A stretch of DNA of 64,000 nt from Patescibacteria group bacterium. GTDB taxonomy: Bacteria > Patescibacteriota > Patescibacteriia > UBA1558 > UBA10009. The translations under genes were made by a program, and so were the position numbers. The number at the start of each line of letters is the position of its first letter. Position 1 is the first letter of the stretch. The stretch is from positions 108,636 through 172,635 of the forward strand of contig JBAZSE010000003.1 in the NCBI GenBank assembly GCA_041662565.1. The letters run 5' to 3'. Below the pieces are notes generated by a model, which had not been told where the DNA came from, did no database searches, and worked only from the letters and a program-made list of their open reading frames with translations. Positions 27,386 through 35,317 of this stretch are shown piece after piece.

Positions 27386-28474
27386 ATGCCCAATCAAAAT
27401 TTTAAAGCAATATACTTTACTGATTATAAAGAAATAAACCCTAACGGGAAAAGTTTTAATCTTGCCTTTGGAGATAGACATAAAGATTTGTATAAAAAAA
27501 TAGCGAATTTAGCCAGTAATGAAATAAGAAATTTACTGGGCACAAATTCTTTTATTGAATTAGAACAACGGGCTAAAAATGAAGGCCTACAAATCAATAC
27601 CTATTGTCTTTGGTATCTATTTAAAAATTTATACAAAGAAAATGTGGTGATTTTGCCAAAAGCTAAGAAAGAAAAAAATATTGATCAGTTTATCAATCAG
27701 GTTATTCAAGGTGATTGTCTGGAAGTAATGAAAGAAATTCCTTCAAAATCAATAGATATGATTTTATGCGATCTTCCTTATGGCACAACTCAAAATAATT
27801 GGGATAGCATTATCCCCTTGGATCAGCTTTGGAACCATTATGAACGCATAATAAAAGACAGAGGGGTAATCGTGTTAACAGCTCAAGGACTTTTCACCGC
27901 GAGTTTAATGATTTCTAATCCGAAAATTTTCAAATATAAAATTACTTGGGTTAAATCTAAGCCAACTAATTTTCTTAATGCTAAAAAACAACCTTTAAGA
28001 AAACATGAAGATGTTTGTATTTTTTATAAAAACCAACCTTTTTATAACCCGCAAATGACTCTTGGCGAACCTTATAATAAAGGTTTTCGCAAAGATCAAT
28101 TTACCGGAAGTTATGGTGAATTTAAAACCGTTGAGGTTAAAAGCAACGGCGAGAGGTATCCTACCGATGTTATTTATTTTAAAACCGCTGAAAGTGAAGG
28201 GCAAGTTTATCACCCGACCCAAAAACCAGTAGAATTAGGTAGATATTTAATTAAGACATTTACTGAAAAGGGGGATATTGTTTTAGACAATACTTGCGGT
28301 AGTGGTAGCTTCCTTGTTTCAGCAGTTTTAGAGGGTAGAAAATTTATTGGGATAGAAAAAAATGAAGAAGTATACCTTCATAAAAAACAAAAGGTGGATT
28401 ATATTGAGATCTGCAGAGAAAGAATTAAAGAGGCAGAGCGAGTTTATAAAGCTTCTTCCAGTAAACTATTTTAA
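27386..28474 (+). CDS. Site-specific DNA methyltransferase (N6-adenine or N4-cytosine), beta class
   Basis: Catalytic motif IV D-L-P-Y (ILCDLPYGTT) precedes SAM motif I (DNTCGSGSFLVSAVLEGRKFIGIE). This order defines beta-class amino-MTases. The region is AT-rich. A TATAAT lies 6 nt before the ATG. Confidence 0.8.
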   Translation: MPNQNFKAIYFTDYKEINPNGKSFNLAFGDRHKDLYKKIANLASNEIRNLLGTNSFIELEQRAKNEGLQINTYCLWYLFKNLYKENVVILPKAKKEKNIDQFINQVIQGDCLEVMKEIPSKSIDMILCDLPYGTTQNNWDSIIPLDQLWNHYERIIKDRGVIVLTAQGLFTASLMISNPKIFKYKITWVKSKPTNFLNAKKQPLRKHEDVCIFYKNQPFYNPQMTLGEPYNKGFRKDQFTGSYGEFKTVEVKSNGERYPTDVIYFKTAESEGQVYHPTQKPVELGRYLIKTFTEKGDIVLDNTCGSGSFLVSAVLEGRKFIGIEKNEEVYLHKKQKVDYIEICRERIKEAERVYKASSSKLF

Positions 28475-29409
28475 ATACCGCTATAGAGCTCCTCTTTAAG
28501 AATATCTTTAGCTCTTGCTAATTCAGCGTCTGTTAAGTGACCTTTTTCTTTGAGCCATTTTAGAAGATGAAAATATTGATTGGGGTGTAAAATTGGTTTA
28601 ACAATTTTCTCTAAACCAGTTTCATTTTTAATGAATTCCAAATGTTCTTGATTAAGAACCCCTCTACCTATAAGATCGTAGGTAATTCTTATAGCGTCAA
28701 CAAATGTTAGGTTTAAATCGCCTTGTTTTACTCTGTCTTTTTCAACATCGGGCATTTCAATACTTAGTAAATCTTCAATTCCCGATAAACCATTAAGATT
28801 GCGGTTATAAAGCTCAATTTCTTGACCTCTGTAGGTAAACCAAGTTCTGCCCTGTTCAGTTAAAGAACCGCGGGGCAAATAAACTCCTTCTCTGGCAACT
28901 CTTTCTTTAGAGACCCAACCGCAAACGTATAGAATCCATTTCCTCTGTCTTCTGGTGCCCGGCAAAGAACTTTTTTTCTTGCCGGGATTTTCTAAATGAG
29001 TTAATAAGTAAATATCGGCATCAAGCTGATCGTCGTTGATTTGACGAGCGAAAAAATTATGCTTTGCTTCTCTGGGAATACCATCGTCACTTTCATAAAG
29101 TTCTTTGAATGGGAGATTGCCACCACGACACTTAACATCAACCTTAATTCCAGAAGGCAATAAAATATCATAACCTAGCGGATGATTTTCTGGATTAATT
29201 TCCGGCATGCCTAGTTTATTTCTGACAACTATTTCTGCTAAAGCGCCAAAGCCCTGTTCCTCTATGTTTCCACGTTCAGCGCCAGTTCTATTTTGATTTT
29301 GCTCAATATATTCTGATGCTTTTTGGCGTAAGGCAAAACCTTCTTCACCTATTAATTTTATTACGATTGGTGTCGGATTCTTGTATTGATACATATCATT
29401 ATTAAACAA
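28471..29409 (-). CDS. Putative type II restriction endonuclease (PD-(D/E)xK fold), convergent with the MTase
   Basis: GYDILLPSGIKVDVKC matches the D-x(n)-(D/E)xK catalytic signature. Adjacent to and convergent with the DNA MTase. 312 aa. Confidence 0.5.
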   Translation of the reverse strand: MFNNDMYQYKNPTPIVIKLIGEEGFALRQKASEYIEQNQNRTGAERGNIEEQGFGALAEIVVRNKLGMPEINPENHPLGYDILLPSGIKVDVKCRGGNLPFKELYESDDGIPREAKHNFFARQINDDQLDADIYLLTHLENPGKKKSSLPGTRRQRKWILYVCGWVSKERVAREGVYLPRGSLTEQGRTWFTYRGQEIELYNRNLNGLSGIEDLLSIEMPDVEKDRVKQGDLNLTFVDAIRITYDLIGRGVLNQEHLEFIKNETGLEKIVKPILHPNQYFHLLKWLKEKGHLTDAELARAKDILKEELYSGI

Positions 29410-29419
29410 TTAAATAAAC

Positions 29420-30265
29420 CTATTTATTGCCATTGAGCTTGCCGTGCACTTTTTGAATCGCCTCACGGGCTTTGGTCGCTTTATCAGCCTTCTCTTTCTG
29501 TATAATTTTCTCGTCGAGAATCTGCTCAATACCTATTTTGATCGTCTCGAAATATTGTAGGCACTCATCCTCGGTAAGCTCATGTATTCCTTTGCTCAAG
29601 ATTGCATACAGCACTTTATTTTCTACGAGAAAATCAGGAAGGTTACTTTTAAGCATGCCTATTTTTTCGTCCATGCTTACTAGTTTATAATTATCCTCAT
29701 TAAATCCCTCTTCTTTTAACGAAAGCTCATGAGCCTCTTCAATAAGATTTTCAAAAACGCGACGAAGGTATACAAACGAACCAATCCCCACTCCGTGAGC
29801 AGCGACTCCTACGCCTCTTGTTAATTCTTTATATTGTTCTTCACCAAGGATCTTCCTATATTTTCCAACTTGTGGAATCTGAAAGTCTGCGACAGAAGGA
29901 AATTGTCCAACTTTTTGAAATTTATTTGTACCAGCAGCCGTAAAATAATAAGATCTATAACAATGACTATGATTATGCGCGCAATGCCAATTAAATTCTT
30001 CAAGCTTATTTTCTATTTGCGAAAGCCATTGATCAAATACCCACCTTGAGGAAGAATTAGATTTAAACACACTCTCTTTTTTACACCAGATACAATAAGC
30101 GTCAATCGTACCAGAAAAAGTTGTTAACTCATAAATTTTTTCTTTAACTTCCTTGATAAGTAAATTATAGGAACGATAAAGAGGCATTTCCAAATGAAAT
30201 ATTTTTGGTAATTCTAGGTATGGGTCATTTTGGATATTAATACTTTGTTCTTCTGAATTTTCCAT
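29420..30265 (-). CDS. Hypothetical Zn-binding protein in the R-M islet
   Basis: CxxC...NWHCAHNHSHC Cys/His cluster. Low-GC island context next to the tRNA. No confident family. Confidence 0.4.
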   Translation of the reverse strand: MENSEEQSINIQNDPYLELPKIFHLEMPLYRSYNLLIKEVKEKIYELTTFSGTIDAYCIWCKKESVFKSNSSSRWVFDQWLSQIENKLEEFNWHCAHNHSHCYRSYYFTAAGTNKFQKVGQFPSVADFQIPQVGKYRKILGEEQYKELTRGVGVAAHGVGIGSFVYLRRVFENLIEEAHELSLKEEGFNEDNYKLVSMDEKIGMLKSNLPDFLVENKVLYAILSKGIHELTEDECLQYFETIKIGIEQILDEKIIQKEKADKATKAREAIQKVHGKLNGNK

Positions 30266-30409
30266 TTAATTTACCTGGTTATCTGTGCTAAACCTTAAAA
30301 TAAAACATATAATTTATTATTACTTTACCACTTTATAGCAAAAAAATAAAGTAGTCCCAATCCCGCTTGGGATTAGGGATAATTTATTCAATTCCTTTTA
30401 AAAGTCATT

Positions 30410-30445
30410 AAACCAAAAAAGCGGAAAAATCCGCCTTTTTGGTTT
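30410..30445 (-). terminator. Intrinsic terminator downstream of tRNA-Gln
   Basis: Minus strand reads aaaccaaaaaggcgg-ATTTTTC-cgcttttttggttt. The stem is ~14 bp and ends in a T-tract. Confidence 0.6.
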
Positions 30446-30482
30446 ATTTATTCACACCAAACGATTGACCGCAGTCGGGTCG

Positions 30483-30556
30483 TTTGGGAAGATTTTTGAT
30501 GGCTCGGGGACAGGGAGTCGAACCCCGATTGACAGGACCAGAACCTGCTGTCCTAC
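30483..30556 (-). tRNA. tRNA-Gln (anticodon CTG)
   Basis: Manual cloverleaf. Acceptor stem TCGGGGA/TCCCCGA with the U1:A72 pair and G73 discriminator typical of tRNA-Gln. D-arm GTC-TAATGGTAG-GAC. Anticodon stem GCAGG/CCTGT with loop TTCTGGT (U33, CTG, purine 37). T-arm CGGGG-TTCGACT-CCCTG. CCA is encoded. Upstream promoter: -35 TTGACG 30601-30606, 17-nt spacer, -10 TATTAT 30578-30583. Confidence 0.9.
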
Positions 30557-30677
30557 CATTAGACGATCCCCGAATACAATGTTTATTGATTAGTATAATA
30601 TTACAAAAAGACCTTATCGTCAAGATAATTTCTTGTTTTTTGAATTTAATGTTATAATATATCAATCATCAACATCT

Positions 30678-32369
30678 ATGACAGTAGAAATTATTTCTCA
30701 AATAAGTTTACTTTTCGGCTTAATCATTTTGGCTGGTTTTTTAGCAAAATTAATCCGCCAACCCCTAATTATCGCCTACATTGCCGTTGGCATTTTAGCC
30801 GGACCGATTTTTTTAAACATTTTTGGCAACCATAAGGAAATATTTGAACTTTTCTCTCAACTGGGCATTATTTTGCTGTTATTTGTAGTTGGCCTAAGTT
30901 TAAACTTCAATTATCTTAAAAAAATCGGCAAGGTGGCTGTTGTTACTGGTATCGGCCAAGTGGTAATTACTGCCGGACTGGGCTTGGTAATTTTGCAATG
31001 GCTGAATTTTTCTTTAATTCCCGCCGCATATTTGGCCGTAGCCATAACTTTTTCTTCCACCATCATCATAACCAAATTGTTAAGCGATAAAAAGGCCATA
31101 GAATCGCTGTACGGCCGTTCTACCATCGGTTTAATGCTGATCCAGGATATTATTGCCATTTTTTTAATGATTCTGTTGAATTTTTTGGTTAATTCCAATG
31201 ATCTTTCTTTTTTAATCGCTTTACTGATTATTAAAGCCGGCGCTGCGGCCATTTTGATTTTTATCATCTTAAAATACTGCCTACCCTTTCTTCTAAAACA
31301 ATCAGCTAAATCAGCGGAATTTTTGTTTGTTTTTGCCTTGGCTTGGTGTTTTGGCTTAACTTATCTTTTTCACTGGCTAGGTTTTTCTTTGGAAATCGGC
31401 GCCGTTATAGCCGGCTTAACCTTGGGCTCTTCAGCTTACAGTTCCGAAATTGCTTCTCGTATAAAACCCCTACGTGATTTTTTTGTAATTATTTTTTTTA
31501 TTATTTTAGGCGCCGGACTGGGCTTGGAAAATTTAGAACACGCCATCGGGCCTGGCCTGGTTTTAAGCTTGTTTATTTTAATTGGCAATCCCATAATTTT
31601 ATATTTATTATTCCGGCTTTTAAAATACACCAGGCGCAACAGTTTTTTAGCCGGCATAACCTCGGCCCAAGTAAGCGAATTTGGCTTTGTTTTGCTGTTA
31701 ATGGGCAAAAATAACGGACAGGTGGGCGAACAAGAAATGGCGGTTTTTACCTTGGTGGCCATTGGCACTATTTTTATTTCTTCTTACTTAATCACTCATA
31801 GTGAAAAAATATTTGCCGCCCTGGATCCGCTGTTATCGTTTTTTTCCAAGGATAAAAGAATTCAGTTAGAAGATCAGCCGATCACGCATGATGTTTGGGT
31901 TGTGGGCTATCACCGCTTGGGCTGGAAAATTTGCGAGGTTTTACACGAAACAAAAACCAATTTTGGGGTAATTGATTTTAATCCCGAAGTAATTAGCCGG
32001 CTTAAACGCAAGGGCTGGCCTGCCTATTTTGGCGACATCGGTGATATGGAATTTTTGAACTCTTTGCCTTTGGGCCAAGCCAAGTTGGTTGTTTCCACGG
32101 CTTCTAATGTTGAAGATCAATTAACTTTGATAAAAAATATCCGCATTCATAGCCAAAAAACCTGCATCATTACTGATATTGCCGAAGGTAAATATCGCGA
32201 TTCTTTATACGAGGCCGGCTCTAATTACGTGATGACACCGCATATTTTAGGCGGTAACTGGCTGGGGCATATTATTAAAACCAAAGGTATAAACAAAAAA
32301 ATCCTTGAAGGTCTTAAAGCTGATCAAGAACGAGAAATCGTAGCTGGCTTACCGATCCACGATTTATAG
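30678..32369 (+). CDS. Monovalent cation:proton antiporter-2 (Kef-type K+/H+ antiporter) with a C-terminal RCK/TrkA-N domain
   Basis: ~12 TM helices, then a Rossmann-like VWVVGYHRLGWKICEVL region. The likely true start is the ATG at 30678 (MTVEIISQ...). An extended -10 box TGtTATAAT lies at 30633-30641. Confidence 0.75.
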   Translation: MTVEIISQISLLFGLIILAGFLAKLIRQPLIIAYIAVGILAGPIFLNIFGNHKEIFELFSQLGIILLLFVVGLSLNFNYLKKIGKVAVVTGIGQVVITAGLGLVILQWLNFSLIPAAYLAVAITFSSTIIITKLLSDKKAIESLYGRSTIGLMLIQDIIAIFLMILLNFLVNSNDLSFLIALLIIKAGAAAILIFIILKYCLPFLLKQSAKSAEFLFVFALAWCFGLTYLFHWLGFSLEIGAVIAGLTLGSSAYSSEIASRIKPLRDFFVIIFFIILGAGLGLENLEHAIGPGLVLSLFILIGNPIILYLLFRLLKYTRRNSFLAGITSAQVSEFGFVLLLMGKNNGQVGEQEMAVFTLVAIGTIFISSYLITHSEKIFAALDPLLSFFSKDKRIQLEDQPITHDVWVVGYHRLGWKICEVLHETKTNFGVIDFNPEVISRLKRKGWPAYFGDIGDMEFLNSLPLGQAKLVVSTASNVEDQLTLIKNIRIHSQKTCIITDIAEGKYRDSLYEAGSNYVMTPHILGGNWLGHIIKTKGINKKILEGLKADQEREIVAGLPIHDL

Positions 32370-32395
32370 AAAGATTGCACGGATTGCGCTATCTC

Positions 32396-33982
32396 TCAAC
32401 CCACCACTTCTCCGCCAAAGGCCTCTAAAACCGCTTCTAAACGATTTACTGGATTATCTTTAACTTCCTCTGCTTTGGCTCCAAATTTGCCATCAACTAA
32501 GCCGGTTAGTAATAACGTTCGGCCAAAAACCCTTTCAAAAACATTGTGGACGATTTCCAGGTACTTACTTTCTTTTATTCGTTCATAATGGAAATTAAAT
32601 TGAAAACCCACGGTAATCCTATCTCCTTCAATAGAGATGGGTTGGCCCACCTGCAAAAAAGCGGCTAGAGCATGATTGTATTCCCGCAAGGCCTCAATTA
32701 CATCGGGCCATTTATTTTTTACTTCATCAATGTTAATTGGATTGCCGGTTTTATTAACCGGTTTTTTTGTTTGGATATTTTCATCCTTTAAGGCGGGAGG
32801 AACAACGGGTGGATCCTTTTTTGAAGGTGGTTCCGGGGTAACTTCCTGTTTTGTCGTTACAGGCACAAAATCGGTAATAGCTGCGCTTTTGATAATGGCT
32901 ACTTCCAAAGGCAGCTGAATAATAGCCGCTTGCTTGATGGATGATAATGCTTCCAAGAAAATTTCCAAAACTTTTACCAAATCAGCTGATGATAAACGAG
33001 CGGTTGCTTCCACTATTTTTTTTAACCACTCTTCGCCCGCTTCCCAAACCAAATCATCCCAATGGTTGGTAACTTTGGAAAGCAAAATTTTACGCAAGGT
33101 TTCTACGGTAATTTTAGCAAAATGTTCCAAATCCAAACCTTCTTCAAATAATTGATTAACCAAAATTAAGGCCTCTTTGGTTTTGGATGATAACACCAGG
33201 GTAATTAATTCCATTACCTTTTGCCAATCATTCTTGGGCATAACCAGCGAAGCGGCTTCTTGATCGATTTCTTTTTCCCCAAGTGATAATACTTGGCCCA
33301 AAAGTGAAACCGCATCGCGCAAATAGCCATCCGAGGCGCGGGCGATATTTTCTATTACTTCACCGGTAATATTAACTTCTTCCTGCCTGGCAATACCGGA
33401 AAGATGCAAAATAGCGGCTTCATGTGGCACTTTTTTAAAATCAAACCTCTGACAGCGGGAAATAATGGTTTCGGGAATTTTATGGATTTCGGTCGTGGCT
33501 AAAATAAAAATAGCGTGAGCGGGGGGCTCTTCTAATGTTTTTAAAAGAGCATTAAAGGCCTCGTTGGTTAACATATGGACTTCATCAATTATGAAGACCT
33601 TGTATTTTTCCTTAACCGGCGTGTATTTGGTTTGCTCGCGTAATTCTCTAATTTCGTTAATACCTCGATTGGAGGCAGCATCAATTTCCACCAAATCCAA
33701 AGAACGGCCGTCTTGAATTTCTAAACAGCTGGCGCACTGGCAGCAGGGCTCAATGCCGGCGGACAAAACCGTGTCTGCTCCTTGCAGATTTTGGCAATTT
33801 AACGATTTGGCTAAAATTCTGGCAATGGTTGTTTTGCCAATCCCGCGCGGGCCAGAAAAAAGATAGGCATGGGCGATTTTGCCGGTTAAAATTTCATTTT
33901 GCAAAGTAACCTTAATGTGATTTTGACCGACTACTTCGGCAAACTTTTGCGGACGGTATTTACGATATAATGTTGTTGACAT
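32396..33982 (-). CDS. dnaX: DNA polymerase III subunit gamma/tau
   Basis: YRKYRPQKFAEVVGQ and GPRGIGKTTIARILAKSLNC (Walker A). Zn-module CQNLQG...CCQCASC. DEVHML Walker B. Confidence 0.9.
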   Translation of the reverse strand: MSTTLYRKYRPQKFAEVVGQNHIKVTLQNEILTGKIAHAYLFSGPRGIGKTTIARILAKSLNCQNLQGADTVLSAGIEPCCQCASCLEIQDGRSLDLVEIDAASNRGINEIRELREQTKYTPVKEKYKVFIIDEVHMLTNEAFNALLKTLEEPPAHAIFILATTEIHKIPETIISRCQRFDFKKVPHEAAILHLSGIARQEEVNITGEVIENIARASDGYLRDAVSLLGQVLSLGEKEIDQEAASLVMPKNDWQKVMELITLVLSSKTKEALILVNQLFEEGLDLEHFAKITVETLRKILLSKVTNHWDDLVWEAGEEWLKKIVEATARLSSADLVKVLEIFLEALSSIKQAAIIQLPLEVAIIKSAAITDFVPVTTKQEVTPEPPSKKDPPVVPPALKDENIQTKKPVNKTGNPINIDEVKNKWPDVIEALREYNHALAAFLQVGQPISIEGDRITVGFQFNFHYERIKESKYLEIVHNVFERVFGRTLLLTGLVDGKFGAKAEEVKDNPVNRLEAVLEAFGGEVVG

Positions 33983-34028
33983 AGCTGATGAATTTTAGCA
34001 AAAATGGACAAAAATGGCAAATAAAAAA

Positions 34029-34148
34029 GCTTTGCTTACAGTCGTCATTGCGAGGAGCGCTAGCGACGAAGCAATCCCGATGTGCATACCAAGTACAGCG
34101 GGATTGCCACGCCCCTTCGGGGCTCGCAATGACCGATAATGGCAAAGC
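34029..34148. repeat. Palindromic extragenic element, copy B of the same family as 18653-18772
   Basis: gtcattgcgaggagcgc...gctcgcaatgac arms. Nested inverted repeats gcaatcccg...cgggattgc and gcccc-TTCG-ggggc. Outer gctttgc/gcaaagc arms. Sits between a hypothetical gene and the dnaX start. Confidence 0.6.
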
Positions 34149-34153
34149 TTTTT

Positions 34154-34684
34154 TTATTTTTTTATCACATTTTCCACCGCGGCCCATTGGCTATCCACGC
34201 CCTTAGGCGTTAAAATAACCGCCTCATCCCCTTCTTCTCCCTTAAAATACGTAATACTAGCTAAAATTACCTTAAAAACCTTATCATCGCATAACACGCG
34301 GTAATCACCGGATTCATCTTTAATCACTTTACCCACCAACCGCTCCCTATCAACCGGCCCGATCTGCTTGTAAGTAAAATTACCAGCTTCATCGATTATC
34401 AGTTTTAAAATATCGCCCTCAACCAACTTTGATTTGGAAATATAATTGGCCGGAACCGAATATTGCTTACCATCCGGACCAATCATCTTTTGCCCGTCAA
34501 ACACGCCTTCTATCACCCGTGATTCATCGGTTTTAACCATTTCGGCCACCGTCGCGGCTTTGCTTAAATAATCCAAGCCCTGGCCTAAATTTAAACTGCC
34601 CCCGTTTAATAAAATTTTACATTTTTGGATTTGAATTTCAATATTTTCCAAAATTTGTTTTAATTCTTCAATATTATTTTCCAT
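34154..34684 (-). CDS. Hypothetical protein (N-terminal coiled coil)
   Basis: 176-aa ORF. No motif recognised. Confidence 0.4.
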   Translation of the reverse strand: MENNIEELKQILENIEIQIQKCKILLNGGSLNLGQGLDYLSKAATVAEMVKTDESRVIEGVFDGQKMIGPDGKQYSVPANYISKSKLVEGDILKLIIDEAGNFTYKQIGPVDRERLVGKVIKDESGDYRVLCDDKVFKVILASITYFKGEEGDEAVILTPKGVDSQWAAVENVIKK

Positions 34685-34792
34685 ATTTTTTATTATTATT
34701 TTTGTTATTTTTGAATTGTTTTTATTTTTGTTAACCTACATCAAATTTTTATTTTTCTCATCATCTTAAATATAACAACTGTGCCAAGTTTG

Positions 34793-35317
34793 TCAATACT
34801 GGTAAAGGTAAATCGGCTGAGAATGATTGCTTAGCCGTAAAACTTGCGCCGGCTCTTTATGCGGCAACTTAAAAGCGTACGAAACCAAGCGGGCCCCCGG
34901 TTTTAATTCTTTTTCCAATTTCGGTTCCAATTTATTCATTACTTCCGGCAAACCAAAACAATAAATTACATCCGCATCTTTTAAATCTTCAAAAAAATAA
35001 TTTTTACACAAAACGCGCAACCGCGATCTATTCGAACTGATAAAAAAATTTAATTTAGCCAACCAATAAGGCAATATGGAAATTTCATAACCAATTAATT
35101 GCCGAGCTTGGCTTAAGCTGGCTGCACGTTTAAGCCACCGGCCATCGCCGCAACCCAAATCATAAACAATTTCTCCAGGCTTAATTTTAGCCAAAGTAAT
35201 TGAAGCCAAGGTGGTTTTTTTAAAAGTCGGCACCCAGGGCGCGCCTAAAAAACCGGCCCTAATCATAGAGCCGATAACAATAATAAAAATGATGGTAAAA
35301 ATTAACGGGAGAATCAT
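34793..35317 (-). CDS. Membrane-anchored class I SAM-dependent methyltransferase
   Basis: N-terminal TM helix followed by VYDLGCGDGRWL (motif I, GxGxG). Confidence 0.65.
   Translation of the reverse strand: MILPLIFTIIFIIVIGSMIRAGFLGAPWVPTFKKTTLASITLAKIKPGEIVYDLGCGDGRWLKRAASLSQARQLIGYEISILPYWLAKLNFFISSNRSRLRVLCKNYFFEDLKDADVIYCFGLPEVMNKLEPKLEKELKPGARLVSYAFKLPHKEPAQVLRLSNHSQPIYLYQY

Noticed and set aside
27081-30482. Integrase, attachment-site direct repeat or transposase defining the R-M islet
   Set aside because: No tyrosine or serine recombinase or transposase motif occurs in any frame. Only a 7-nt match to the tRNA 3' end was found at the distal boundary, which is too short to call an att repeat. 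The islet is therefore described only compositionally.
30444-30665. 73-aa minus-strand ORF across 30444-30665
   Set aside because: It overlaps the tRNA-Gln gene, and its translation (GSSNGRTAGSGPVNRGSTPCPRA) is the tRNA sequence read as protein.
33983-34153. SRP RNA (ffs) expected upstream of dnaX
   Set aside because: I looked for the domain-IV consensus (GGUCAGGUCCGGAAGGAAGCAGC) and a GNRA-capped helix 8 and did not find them. The region is instead a copy of the palindromic repeat family.
33960-34206. Two ~75-aa ORFs on opposite strands across the dnaX upstream spacer
   Set aside because: Both are generated by the palindromic element (copy B). Symmetric ORFs on both strands of a palindrome are a classic artefact. 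Their composition is Cys/Arg/Ala-rich with no coding periodicity.
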